In this document: piece after piece, positions 1-9,262 of the stretch
Layout: every line of letters begins with the position of its first letter
Numbering within the stretch: the first letter of the stretch is position 1
NCBI GenBank assembly: GCA_905373785.1
Contig: CAJPUK010000001.1
Span: 1 to 59,896, forward strand
Source of the DNA: an uncultured Johnsonella sp.
GTDB taxonomy: Bacteria > Bacillota > Clostridia > Lachnospirales > Lachnospiraceae
DNA length: 59,896 nucleotides
Reading direction: 5' to 3'
Program-made: the position numbers and the translations under genes
The notes under the pieces: generated by a model
What the model was told of the DNA's origin: nothing
What the model saw: only the letters and a program-made list of their open reading frames with translations
The model's database searches: none

Positions 1-1
1 G

Positions 2-1042
2 CCTAAGATCAAAGGCATAGGTTTCCAAATTAATTTCTATACTTTTATTTACGATATAATCAAGCGGCTTTTCAAATATACTTTCAAGCTCCTTTATCGG
101 ATTAATTATAAGTTTATCATCCTTTAGGCTAAGCTCTCTAAAACAGGTCATGGCATGTTGCCAACCATCTTCTATGGTAGGAGCGGTATACTCCGCATCC
201 GGCATACCCATCCATGCAAGCATATATCTTTTATTATCCTTTTCAAAAGTTTGACAGGCATAAAAATCAAAACCGAAATCCAAATCCCTGTATTCGGATA
301 AGGTATACTCAGAGCGAAAATCTCCGTCAAGAATAAAATATCCGTTGGTATACACATTTTGAGCTTCAAATTCTTTTCTTTCTATACCCTGGGGAGATAA
401 AAGCAATACCCACTTGCCGTCAAGTAAAAAGAGGTCGGGGCATTCCCACATATAACCGAAGTCATAGTCGGTTTTTATGCTGTTTATGTAGTTCCAGTTA
501 TATAAATCTGTCGACTCATACACCAAGACCTGCCCCTTGTCATCCTTGCTTCTTGCACCAAGTACCATATAGAACTTGTCATCATAGGCAAATACTTTCG
601 GGTCTCTTACATGACAGCTCATATCGCTAGGATAGTCCTTGTTATAAAGCACTACCTGCCTACTTTCTGCACTCATACCGTCTTCACTTACCACAAGTAC
701 GGTATTGTGCTGCCTTCCCTCATATATATAGTCATAATCTCCTGCTTCTTTTACATTTCCCGTGTAGTAAATGTACAACTTATCTTCATGCACCAGAGCA
801 GAACCTGAGTACACACCGCTTTTATCAAAATCCTTATCAGGACTTAAGAAGATATCCAAGCTTTCCCAATTAAGTAAATCCTTTGAGCGAAAATGCCCCC
901 AATACTTAAGTCCTCCTACGGCTTCCTTACTATATTGATAATATACATGATAATATCCCTTAAAAAAACATAATCCGTTGGGATCGTTCATCCAACCCTG
1001 CTCAGGGTAAAGATGATATAAAAGTTTATAATTATTTCTCAT
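2..1042 (-). CDS. scrB: GH32 sucrose-6-phosphate hydrolase / beta-fructofuranosidase, 5' part (runs off the left edge)
   Basis: Not in the ORF track. Manual translation from ATG at 1042 gives MRNNYKLLYHLYPEQGWMNDPNG..., HVRDPKV (~600) and FGYMWECPDL (~445), the three GH32 catalytic motifs. The start overlaps the end of the PTS gene. Confidence 0.93.
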   Translation of the reverse strand, partial: MRNNYKLLYHLYPEQGWMNDPNGLCFFKGYYHVYYQYSKEAVGGLKYWGHFRSKDLLNWESLDIFLSPDKDFDKSGVYSGSALVHEDKLYIYYTGNVKEAGDYDYIYEGRQHNTVLVVSEDGMSAESRQVVLYNKDYPSDMSCHVRDPKVFAYDDKFYMVLGARSKDDKGQVLVYESTDLYNWNYINSIKTDYDFGYMWECPDLFLLDGKWVLLLSPQGIERKEFEAQNVYTNGYFILDGDFRSEYTLSEYRDLDFGFDFYACQTFEKDNKRYMLAWMGMPDAEYTAPTIEDGWQHAMTCFRELSLKDDKLIINPIKELESIFEKPLDYIVNKSIEINLETYAFDLR

Positions 1043-2978
1043 TAGCACTTACCTCAAATATTTGATTGTCGAGGTCTACTTTAGTATTTGCCTTAGTTTT
1101 TATATCTATGTCTTTAAATTCAAATGTATTGGTAACGATAACCGGTGTAACTATAGGATAACCCTCTTTCTTTATAGCTTCTATATCAAACTTAAGCAGT
1201 TTATCACCCTTCTTAACCTTATCACCGACCTTTACCAAAGCTTCATAATGCTTACCCTCAAGGGTTACGGTATTGATACCTACATGTACTATCATTTCCG
1301 CACCGTTAGCCAGTCTAAAAGCAACTGCGTGACCCATAAGAGTAACTATTTCGGCATCATCCGGAGCATACACCATGCCCTCGGAAGGAACTATGGCTAC
1401 ACCTTTTCCCAATATGCCGGCAATAAATGTAGGATCATTGGTTTCTTCCATATCTACAACTTCGCCTTTTAGAGGAGAGCTTATAATAGGACTTGCCGCC
1501 TTTGTCTCTTCTACTTTTTCACTGTCAACTTTTACTTCTTCACTCTTTTTAAGTTGTGCCTCACTTTTAGCCGCTGCTTCCTGTAAGCCTGCATCTATCA
1601 GCGTACTTGGTGTTATAAGCCATGAAATCACAAAGGCTACTGCTGATGAAAGTATAAAAAGTACTATATAGTGTAGCGGATAGTCAAGGAAAAGAAGTAT
1701 TCCGAAAATTCCCGTAACTCCGGTACCGGTAGCTCCTATATGTGTTAAAGAAGCATACATGGCACCTGCCGCACCACCTATACAACCTGCTATAAACGGT
1801 CTGAAAAATCTTAAGTTCACACCGAAAAGAGCCGGCTCGGTAATACCTAAAAATGCTGAAAGTGAAGAGGGAAGTCCAAGACTTTTTATCTTAGGATCTC
1901 TGGCTTTTAATCCAACTGCAAGACAGGCTGCACCCTGTGCTATATTACAAGCGGAAGCAAGGGGAAGCCAATAAGTAACTCCGAATTTTCCTATCTGACC
2001 TAAGTCTATAGTTGTATACATATGATGTATACCCATAACTACAGTAGGTGCATAGAAGATACCCATTACAAAAGAACCTATACCGAAAGGCAGTCCTATC
2101 AGGTACTGAACACCGTCAAGTATACCGTTTTCCAGTTTAACAAAGACCGGTCCTATAATACTAAGTGCAAGATAACCTGCTACGAATACGGATACTAAAG
2201 GAGTTACAAAAAGATCAAACATGGCAGGCACTACCTTATGCAGTCTTTTTTCTATCTCACTCATTACCCACACGGATATAATTATAGGGATAACATGACC
2301 TTGGTAACCTACCATTTCTATAGAATATAAGCCGAAAAATACCGGCTGCATAGCCTTAACACCCTCACTTGCTACAGTCCAAGCATTTTGAAGATTAGGA
2401 TGTATCATAATCATACCCATAACCGCTCCAAGGAAGGGATTGCCCCCAAATACCTTGGCAGCTGAAAAACCTATAAGTATAGGTAAGAATACATAGGCTG
2501 TATTGGAAAATAGATTAGCAAATACATATAAAGAACTTGAGGTATCTATATTTAAAAAATTATTATTGACCATAAAATCAAGCGAGTTCATAATACCCAT
2601 GAGGAAACCGCTTGCAACTATGGCAGGTATAATGGGCACAAATATATCACCCAGAGTCTTGATCATATACTGGAATATATTGCCCTGCTTTGCCGCCTGC
2701 TTTTTTAATTCCTCAGTACTGCTCGCACCTATATTACCAAGCTTTATAAACTCCTCATATACTTTGTTAACCTCACCGGTTCCAAAGATAATCTGCAGCT
2801 GCCCCTGCGCTTCGAACACACCCTTAACACCGTCAATGTTTTCAAGGGTTTTCTTATCCACCTTAGAGTTATCGGCTATAACAAGCCTGAGTCTGGTGGC
2901 ACAATGTGCTGCACTGACTATATTGTCAGCCCCACCTATGGCGTGTAACACTTCTTTTGCAGACTTTTGATAATCCAT
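1032..2978 (-). CDS. scrA: PTS sucrose-class transporter EIIBCA
   Basis: HCATRLR EIIB motif, GITEPALFG EIIC motif, C-terminal EIIA (VHVGINTV); coupled to the GH32 gene; AGGAGG RBS. Confidence 0.88.
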   Translation of the reverse strand: MDYQKSAKEVLHAIGGADNIVSAAHCATRLRLVIADNSKVDKKTLENIDGVKGVFEAQGQLQIIFGTGEVNKVYEEFIKLGNIGASSTEELKKQAAKQGNIFQYMIKTLGDIFVPIIPAIVASGFLMGIMNSLDFMVNNNFLNIDTSSSLYVFANLFSNTAYVFLPILIGFSAAKVFGGNPFLGAVMGMIMIHPNLQNAWTVASEGVKAMQPVFFGLYSIEMVGYQGHVIPIIISVWVMSEIEKRLHKVVPAMFDLFVTPLVSVFVAGYLALSIIGPVFVKLENGILDGVQYLIGLPFGIGSFVMGIFYAPTVVMGIHHMYTTIDLGQIGKFGVTYWLPLASACNIAQGAACLAVGLKARDPKIKSLGLPSSLSAFLGITEPALFGVNLRFFRPFIAGCIGGAAGAMYASLTHIGATGTGVTGIFGILLFLDYPLHYIVLFILSSAVAFVISWLITPSTLIDAGLQEAAAKSEAQLKKSEEVKVDSEKVEETKAASPIISSPLKGEVVDMEETNDPTFIAGILGKGVAIVPSEGMVYAPDDAEIVTLMGHAVAFRLANGAEMIVHVGINTVTLEGKHYEALVKVGDKVKKGDKLLKFDIEAIKKEGYPIVTPVIVTNTFEFKDIDIKTKANTKVDLDNQIFEVSANEK

Positions 2979-3105
2979 ACAGTTACCTCCTTAAAATTTT
3001 CCAAATTGATAAGCTCATTGTAAGATATATTATAATTTCTGTAAACATATAATAAGTTCCAAATATGTGTGTATTTTAATCTGTTTAATATAGTAAAAAA
3101 CACAA

Positions 3106-3148
3106 AAAAACTCTGATTTACGGAATATTTCCATAAACCAGAGTTTTT
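3106..3148 (-). terminator. Intrinsic terminator after rpsR
   Basis: AAAAACTCTG...CAGAGTTTTT inverted repeat with T tracts on both sides. Confidence 0.75.
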
Positions 3149-3149
3149 A

Positions 3150-3419
3150 TTATTCGTATAAATATGGGAGAAGTGCTACATGTCTTGCTCTCTTGATAGC
3201 AACTGTTATATCTCTTTGATGCTTAGCACAGCTGCCTGTGATACGCCTTGGTAATATCTTACCCCTCTCAGATATATACTTCTTTAATGTAGCTACATCC
3301 TTATAATCTATAGCCTTGTTCTCATCTCCACAATATATGCATACTTTTTTTCTTCTACGTAAGCCGCCCGGTCTTCTACTCTTAAGACCCTCTGACTTGT
3401 CTGTCTTCTTAAATGCCAT
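3150..3419 (-). CDS. rpsR: 30S ribosomal protein S18
   Basis: IDYKD...[12 protein letters not shown]...AIKRAR; Zn-binding CxxC form. Confidence 0.98.
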   Translation of the reverse strand: MAFKKTDKSEGLKSRRPGGLRRRKKVCIYCGDENKAIDYKDVATLKKYISERGKILPRRITGSCAKHQRDITVAIKRARHVALLPYLYE

Positions 3420-3438
3420 TATAGTCCCCTTTCATCTA

Positions 3439-3891
3439 CTAATTGAACGGAAGTCCCTCATCATCTACTCCGTCAGGTATATTCATAAATCCCTCGCTGC
3501 TTGCGTTCTCAGGACTCGGTCTGAAACTTTCGTTATAGCCTGAACCTGTAGAACTTCCTGATGAGTTCTTACTGTCTGCAAATTCTTGTTCTTCTATTAT
3601 TACCTCTGTTGTATAAACCTTCTGACCCTCTTTATTGGTATAACTTCCGGTTTGTATACGACCTGATATAAGTACCCTCATCCCCTGTCTAAAGTACTTT
3701 TCAGCAAACTCACCTGATTTGTCGAATGCTACACAAGGAATAAAGTCAGCTGTCTGCTCACTACCTTCACTTCTGCGCCCTCTTCTATCTACCGCTAATG
3801 TATATCTGGCTATAGCCATGGATCTCTCTCCTGAGGAATATCTAACTTCCGGATCTCTGGTCAGTCTTCCCATTAATATTACTTTGTTCAT
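3439..3891 (-). CDS. ssb: Single-stranded DNA-binding protein
   Basis: MNKVILMGRLTRDPEVRY start, acidic DDEGLPFN tail, rpsF-ssb-rpsR synteny. Confidence 0.98.
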   Translation of the reverse strand: MNKVILMGRLTRDPEVRYSSGERSMAIARYTLAVDRRGRRSEGSEQTADFIPCVAFDKSGEFAEKYFRQGMRVLISGRIQTGSYTNKEGQKVYTTEVIIEEQEFADSKNSSGSSTGSGYNESFRPSPENASSEGFMNIPDGVDDEGLPFN

Positions 3892-3926
3892 ACAAGCTCT
3901 CCTTTTATGGACTTATGCCCACAAGC

Positions 3927-4214
3927 TTATTGTCTTACTACTAAATATCTTAATACAGGCTCCATAATACGTATATGGTTTTCTAATTCATTAGGACAAT
4001 TTTTGTCTTCAGACTCAAACTGTATAAAGTAGTAAAAACCTTCTTTTACTTTCTGAATTTCATAGGCAAGTCTCTTCTTACCCCAGTCATCAACATTGCT
4101 TACAGTTCCGCCAAATCTTGTGATGTAAGACTGAACTTTCTCAAGTGCTGAGTTCTTTGCCTCATCTTCAAGCTTGCCGTTAAGCACAAGTGCCAATTCG
4201 TATTTATTAGTCAT
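3927..4214 (-). CDS. rpsF: 30S ribosomal protein S6
   Basis: WGKKRLAYEI motif and synteny. Confidence 0.98.
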   Translation of the reverse strand: MTNKYELALVLNGKLEDEAKNSALEKVQSYITRFGGTVSNVDDWGKKRLAYEIQKVKEGFYYFIQFESEDKNCPNELENHIRIMEPVLRYLVVRQ

Positions 4215-4218
4215 TTTA

Positions 4219-4264
4219 ACCTCCTTATGGTTTATTCAGCCTCCTTTTTTCGGAAGCAAGGAAT
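4219..4264 (-). promoter_or_regulatory. S6:S18 ribosomal protein leader RNA (autoregulatory element)
   Basis: Minus strand TTCCTTGCTTCCGAAAAAAGGAGGCTGAATAAACCATAAGGAGG: outer stem sequesters the SD, inner CTTCC/GGAGG hairpin, unpaired CC before the SD. Resembles the Firmicute S6:S18 leader as recalled; not searched. Confidence 0.7.
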
Positions 4265-4500
4265 ATGTTACGGTAGAATATTGTATCAAAAAAAAGAGAA
4301 ATAAGCAAGGGAATATAAAGATTTTTAGTTTTTTTGATGAAGATGAATTCACTACCTGAACTGTAACACATATTATACATATATCTAACAGGCTACTGCC
4401 AACATTCATCTTCGTCTAATTTATAAATAAGATTAAATATTTTTAGGTTGTTTTGACAAGTTATGAATGAGCTACCCAAACTGTAACACTTTGACATATA

Positions 4501-4527
4501 AAAACAGAGGGGCTTAAAGCCCCTCTG
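4501..4527 (-). terminator. Intrinsic terminator after the 525-aa surface protein
   Basis: CAGAGGGGC-TTTAA-GCCCCTCTG followed by TTTT on the minus strand. Confidence 0.85.
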
Positions 4528-4572
4528 CCGCAATTAGTATTTCTATTCGATTTTCTAATAGCTGTTTATTAA

Positions 4573-6150
4573 TTACTTACTGATGTAAGCACCTACAAGT
4601 TCTTTCTTTCCATCTACTACAAGATGTACTTCGTTTCCATCCTTCTTCTCGCCCTTACCTTGTAAAGCACCTGAAGATGAAACAACTACACACTTTGATA
4701 ATGCGATACCTGTAGGTACGAAAGAGGTTCTTGAACCTATTATCTTGTTATCGCCTAATGTTCTGTCAACTAAGTTAACAGAGTTAGAAACTTCTGCAAC
4801 TACCTTGTTGTCAGCATTAACTACAAATACCTTGTACTTGTCATCGCTGTCAGCCTTAACCTTCTTACCGTTTACATAGTATGTACTTCCGTCAAGTCCG
4901 TCGATACCTACACCCTTGTCACCGGAAGTTCTGAACTTAAATGCATAGCTATCGCCATCTATAGTAACATTTACATTACCTGTCTTCATAGCACCGTCTG
5001 ACTCATCACCAAAGTAGTATAAACCTGACTTAGGATCACTTGATGATGGACGTGCAAATGTAGATGCAGTTGAACTTAACTTAGTATACTCATTAAGCTT
5101 AGACTCTGAATCAAGCTCAACAGTTGCATTTGAACCTGAAGCTATCTTGTTGCTGCTATCAACTGTTAAGTACCAAAGTCCGCTAAGCATAGCACCCTTT
5201 TCATTAAATGCATACTTCTTACCGTTGATTGTCTTGATCTCGCTGTAAGCTAACTTACCTCTAGCGTCTGCGTAGTACCATAATTCCTTATCATCCTGGT
5301 TCTCTGAGTTCTTTGCATCAAATAACTCGTCCGGAACAGCCTTGAACCAAGTCTTTGATCTCATAGAACCATCTTCATTTGTTGATGAGAAGTTTTTGAA
5401 CTTATCAGCTGAAGTAGATCCTGAAGGTGTTCCAACCCACTTAGTTAACATGTTACCATACTCACCAAATGCATACTTCTTACCGTTGATTGTCTGACCT
5501 TCCCACTTGCTGGTATACTTCTTACCGTTAGCCTGGAAGTAGAACCAATAATCCTGCTCCGGATCATCCTTGGTTGAATCGTTTACATGAATCTGTACCC
5601 ACTTAGAGGTAGCTCTTGATCCGTCATCAGAAGCACCTAAATAGTACTCTGCATTCTGCCATGCATCATCGCCTGTAATTCTGTTTGAGTTTCCGTCTAC
5701 CCAACCGAAAAGCATCTTAGCATCTGAAGCAAATGCATAGTTCTTTCCGTTGATAGTCTTGAATGATGTGTTCTCTCCACCCTTGTATGCCTTACCATTA
5801 GCCTGGAAGTAATACCATACTGTTGCAGGAGCACTTTCTGAATCATCACTTGAGTTGTCAACTTCTACCCAGTTGTTAGTAACCATAACACCGTTAGCGT
5901 CTACGTAGAAGTAGTTCTCATTGTCCTGTACGATTGAATCTGTTGCCATATTTCCGTCAGCGTCAAGCCAAAACCACTTGTCACCTGACTTCTGCCACTG
6001 CTCTGTTACCTTCTCATTGAATCTGTTATAATATGACCATGTGCCGTTCTCTTCCTGCCATCCTTCAGCTGCAAGAGAAGTCATTGAAGCACCGATCGCA
6101 AGTAACGCTGCTGCTGATACGATTGCAGCTATCTTTGTCTGCTTTCTCAT
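4573..6150 (-). CDS. Secreted cell-wall-binding-repeat protein, possibly a major surface (S-layer-like) protein
   Basis: Signal peptide ending SLA-A; repeats WYYFQANGK, TINGKKYAF, YYVDANGVM. Codon use looks like a highly expressed gene (AAC/TAC/GGT/AAG, by eye). Paralogous to 35481-37103 and 49446-51113. Confidence 0.85.
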   Translation of the reverse strand: MRKQTKIAAIVSAAALLAIGASMTSLAAEGWQEENGTWSYYNRFNEKVTEQWQKSGDKWFWLDADGNMATDSIVQDNENYFYVDANGVMVTNNWVEVDNSSDDSESAPATVWYYFQANGKAYKGGENTSFKTINGKNYAFASDAKMLFGWVDGNSNRITGDDAWQNAEYYLGASDDGSRATSKWVQIHVNDSTKDDPEQDYWFYFQANGKKYTSKWEGQTINGKKYAFGEYGNMLTKWVGTPSGSTSADKFKNFSSTNEDGSMRSKTWFKAVPDELFDAKNSENQDDKELWYYADARGKLAYSEIKTINGKKYAFNEKGAMLSGLWYLTVDSSNKIASGSNATVELDSESKLNEYTKLSSTASTFARPSSSDPKSGLYYFGDESDGAMKTGNVNVTIDGDSYAFKFRTSGDKGVGIDGLDGSTYYVNGKKVKADSDDKYKVFVVNADNKVVAEVSNSVNLVDRTLGDNKIIGSRTSFVPTGIALSKCVVVSSSGALQGKGEKKDGNEVHLVVDGKKELVGAYISK

Positions 6151-6499
6151 AATTAATGCACTCTCCTTTAATTATTAATTTGAAATTCCTAATTGCGTCA
6201 AGGAATATAATACTATCAAACTTCGATTTAATCAAGCTGATTTTTTACTTTAAGTATTTTTCTCATCTCCTTGAGTACGAGCCTAGTATATACCACTTTT
6301 CATAGAATTGATATATATTTTCTATAGACAATTTCTTACGAAATTATTACAAACGGTCTTGGTTTTGTTTGTAGCTTGTATTAACCTTGCTTAAATCTAT
6401 AGTAGGAATTCCTTTACTTTCATGAATTTAAGCCACTTTAAGTGTTAATACTGTCTTATTTTAAATCATTACTTGTCCACAATACATTTATATAATGAT

Positions 6500-7330
6500 T
6501 TACTCTACATGCTCATGTGTATATAAATGATCCATACAATACTCAAGCCCTTCTTTACATTTTGAGCAGTATCTGAATTCCATATTCTCATCATCTTTTT
6601 CCGTCTTCCCGCATACCGCACATCTATGTCTGCTTTCATTTACCGGTCTTATCTTGACTCTGTACTGAGCTTTTCTTTGCATATTACTTACATCATTTAT
6701 TATATTTTTTCTTCTGCTGATAAAGTAGAATATTATAAAGTTAAGTAGTGAAAGTACTATTGTAACCTTACTTGAGATGCTTCCCACTATAAAGCTGTAG
6801 ATTTCCAAAAGTATATAGAAAAAAGCAAGGTACTTTGCCTTTACCGGTATGGCAAAGTATAGCCTGAATTCCATTTCGGGGAAGGTAAGTGCAAATGCCA
6901 AAAATATTGACAGGTTCAGGTTATCGGGTGTCAGATAACTGTATCCGCTTTCTTCTATTCCCATTCTTATTCCGTATACATACATAAGCAAGGCTCCTAT
7001 TATATGAAAAAGGCAGCCCATAAACATAAAAACATTAAATCTGAAACTTCCCCACACATTTTCCAGGGCAATTCCCAAACTGTAGTAAGTTATTATCATA
7101 AAAAGCCCGAAAATCATGCTGTTAGTCGGAGGATAGGCAAGCCATGTAATAAGTCTCCACACCTGACCTTCAAGTACCTTTCCTATATCAAGTGCCATAT
7201 ATTCATAGTAAATGTAAGAGTTCATTATACTTATAACAAAACCTACTACATAAAATATAACAAAGTAGTTCATCAGATTTCTAATGCTGTACTTTCCAAA
7301 GTTTCTTTCGAGTTTATAAAAAAACTTCAT
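6500..7330 (-). CDS. Rhomboid-fold-like membrane protein with C-terminal Cys-rich Zn-finger
   Basis: GQVWRLITW motif, about 6 hydrophobic segments, CAVCG...CSKC...C..H. Start moved to MKFFYK (AAAGG RBS). Confidence 0.7.
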   Translation of the reverse strand: MKFFYKLERNFGKYSIRNLMNYFVIFYVVGFVISIMNSYIYYEYMALDIGKVLEGQVWRLITWLAYPPTNSMIFGLFMIITYYSLGIALENVWGSFRFNVFMFMGCLFHIIGALLMYVYGIRMGIEESGYSYLTPDNLNLSIFLAFALTFPEMEFRLYFAIPVKAKYLAFFYILLEIYSFIVGSISSKVTIVLSLLNFIIFYFISRRKNIINDVSNMQRKAQYRVKIRPVNESRHRCAVCGKTEKDDENMEFRYCSKCKEGLEYCMDHLYTHEHVE

Positions 7331-7443
7331 AATAAATATTTTACCTTTCTTTGATTTGTATTTTTGTATTATAGCATATATAATTGTATTTAGGAAATGA
7401 GGGCATATACCCATTTCTTAATATTTATTTTATGGAGGTTTTT

Positions 7444-7821
7444 ATGAAGAAGGAAATTATTTCTACTGATAAGGCACCTGCTGCTATTGGTCCTTATGTT
7501 CAGGCAACTAAGTTAGGCGAGATGTTATTTACCTCCGGTGTTATTCCGGTTAATCCCGCAACCGGCGAGATTCCAAGCACCGTTGAGGAGCAGGCAAGAC
7601 AGGCTTTTTCTTCTCTTAAGGCTTTGGTTGAAGCTTCAGGCTCTTCTATCGAAAAGGTTGTAAAGACTACTTTATTTATTAAGAACATGGATGATTTCGC
7701 TAAGATCAATGCTATTTACGCCGAAGTTTTTGCTGAGCCTTATCCTTGCAGATCATGTGTTGAAGTGGCAAGACTTCCTAAGGATGTGTTACTTGAAATT
7801 GAGGCTGTTGCTCATCTGTAA
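7444..7821 (+). CDS. ridA: RidA/YjgF enamine deaminase
   Basis: APAAIGPYVQA, PCRSCVEVARLPKDVLLEIEA; GGAGG RBS before ATG 7444. Confidence 0.93.
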   Translation: MKKEIISTDKAPAAIGPYVQATKLGEMLFTSGVIPVNPATGEIPSTVEEQARQAFSSLKALVEASGSSIEKVVKTTLFIKNMDDFAKINAIYAEVFAEPYPCRSCVEVARLPKDVLLEIEAVAHL

Positions 7822-7840
7822 AAGCAGGATCTGACATTAA

Positions 7841-7980
7841 CTTTAATAGCAAAAACAGTAAAAAAGCAGGTTTATTTTGAGCATATTAATAACTTGGAAT
7901 TAGCTTTAATATCTAAAACAGTAAAAAAAAGCTTTGTTTTGATTATAGCAATAATTTGAAATTGACTTTAATATCTAAAA
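7841..7980. repeat. Degenerate ~62-bp tandem repeat, 2.2 copies
   Basis: CTTTAATA(GCA/TCT)AAAA starts at 7841, 7904 and 7966; the first two copies continue ...CAGTAAAAAA, the third stops where the 93-bp element begins. Confidence 0.65.
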
Positions 7981-8071
7981 AGAGGCTGTTGCACTAAGAA
8001 TAAAATATACAAAATACAGCAGTGAGTCAAAACCACTCTATAAAGTATTATTTTATTTTAATGCAACAGCC
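7979..8071. repeat. 93-bp palindromic element, copy 1 (MITE/REP-like)
   Basis: AAAGAGGCTGTTGCACTAAGAATAAAATA...TATTTTATTTTAATGCAACAGCC; identical to 8882-8974. Confidence 0.92.
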
Positions 8072-8312
8072 CTTTTTTTATAGCAAATTATAGATTGCGG
8101 TTTTTGTTAGTTTAGGAGGTTAGATATCCTAATACACAGCTGAAAGAAGTTTTATTTGGTATATTATACATGGATATTTATCGTACTGCTGTCGGCATTT
8201 ATCTTACTTCTAATTTAAACCTTTTTATTTTTTGACAAAGATAAATGACCTATCCTAATTATAAGATTCTTACTATATATCATTGTTATTTTGATAAAAG
8301 GAGGTATAATAT

Positions 8313-8585
8313 ATGATAAATATTCGTCCGGTATCTGACTTAAGGAATAAATTCCCTGAGATCGAAGAAACTGTTATTAATTCAAATGCACCTGTATTTC
8401 TTACTAAAAATGGTTATGGAGTAATGGTATTAATGAGTATTGAACAATATTCTGTACTTAGTGACAGCTTTGAGAAAAAACTTGATGAAGCTGATGCTTA
8501 TGCACAAAATTCTCCTATACGCCTTTCCAAATCAGAAGTCTTTAATAAAGCAAGGAAGATAATAGATGAAAAAGCAAAGCTATAA
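8313..8585 (+). CDS. Phd/YefM-family antitoxin
   Basis: IRPVSDLRN...PVFLTKNG; AGGAGG RBS; overlaps the toxin gene. Confidence 0.9.
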   Translation: MINIRPVSDLRNKFPEIEETVINSNAPVFLTKNGYGVMVLMSIEQYSVLSDSFEKKLDEADAYAQNSPIRLSKSEVFNKARKIIDEKAKL

Positions 8586-8883
8586 ATTAACTTTCCTTCC
8601 GCTTTTTGAAGAAGATTTAATTGCAATTACAGACTATATAGCTAACACGCTTAATAATCCAAATGCGGCGCATAACTTAATTGATGATATTGAGACTGCA
8701 ATCATCAATAGACTTAAAATGCCTCTTTCATTTGCTCCATATAAATCATCAAAATTAAGAAAGCATACTTACTATAGGATCAATGTTCGCAACTTTTCTG
8801 TATTCTATGTTGTAATCGGTAATACAATGGAAGTACGAAGGCTCCTGTACTCAAAGCAAAATATAGATGAGCTACTAAGTTAA
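8566..8883 (+). CDS. RelE/ParE-family toxin
   Basis: 105 aa, DL..I..YIA..L.NP.AA, YRINVRNFSVFY, VRRLLY; downstream of the antitoxin. Confidence 0.88.
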   Translation: MKKQSYKLTFLPLFEEDLIAITDYIANTLNNPNAAHNLIDDIETAIINRLKMPLSFAPYKSSKLRKHTYYRINVRNFSVFYVVIGNTMEVRRLLYSKQNIDELLS

Positions 8884-8974
8884 AGAGGCTGTTGCACTAA
8901 GAATAAAATATACAAAATACAGCAGTGAGTCAAAACCACTCTATAAAGTATTATTTTATTTTAATGCAACAGCC
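8882..8974. repeat. 93-bp palindromic element, copy 2 (could also terminate the TA transcript)
   Basis: Identical to 7979-8071; overlaps the toxin stop codon and is followed by a T tract. Confidence 0.92.
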
Positions 8975-9262
8975 TTTTTTGATTTTTCTGAGAAACTATT
9001 GTAGTGTATCATTGATATCCGACCTTATTACTACTTTGTTGATATATCGTAATACTATATAATAAGGAGAACTGAGCTTCGATTTAATAATCAACGATAT
9101 ATTACACTATTATGTTAATGTAACCTTTTTTATAATAACCTTGCTTATCATAGCAAATTCCATTTCTATTATTCTTTATACAGTTTTCCTTTATTTAATA
9201 ATAACCTCAATCTTTTTCTCCTTTATGTTTATCTGATTATCATGTATGCAGCCTAATTTTAT

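Noticed and set aside
7841..8974. Repeats as a CRISPR array
   Set aside because: Wrong lengths, only two to three units, no unique spacers of regular size, no cas genes
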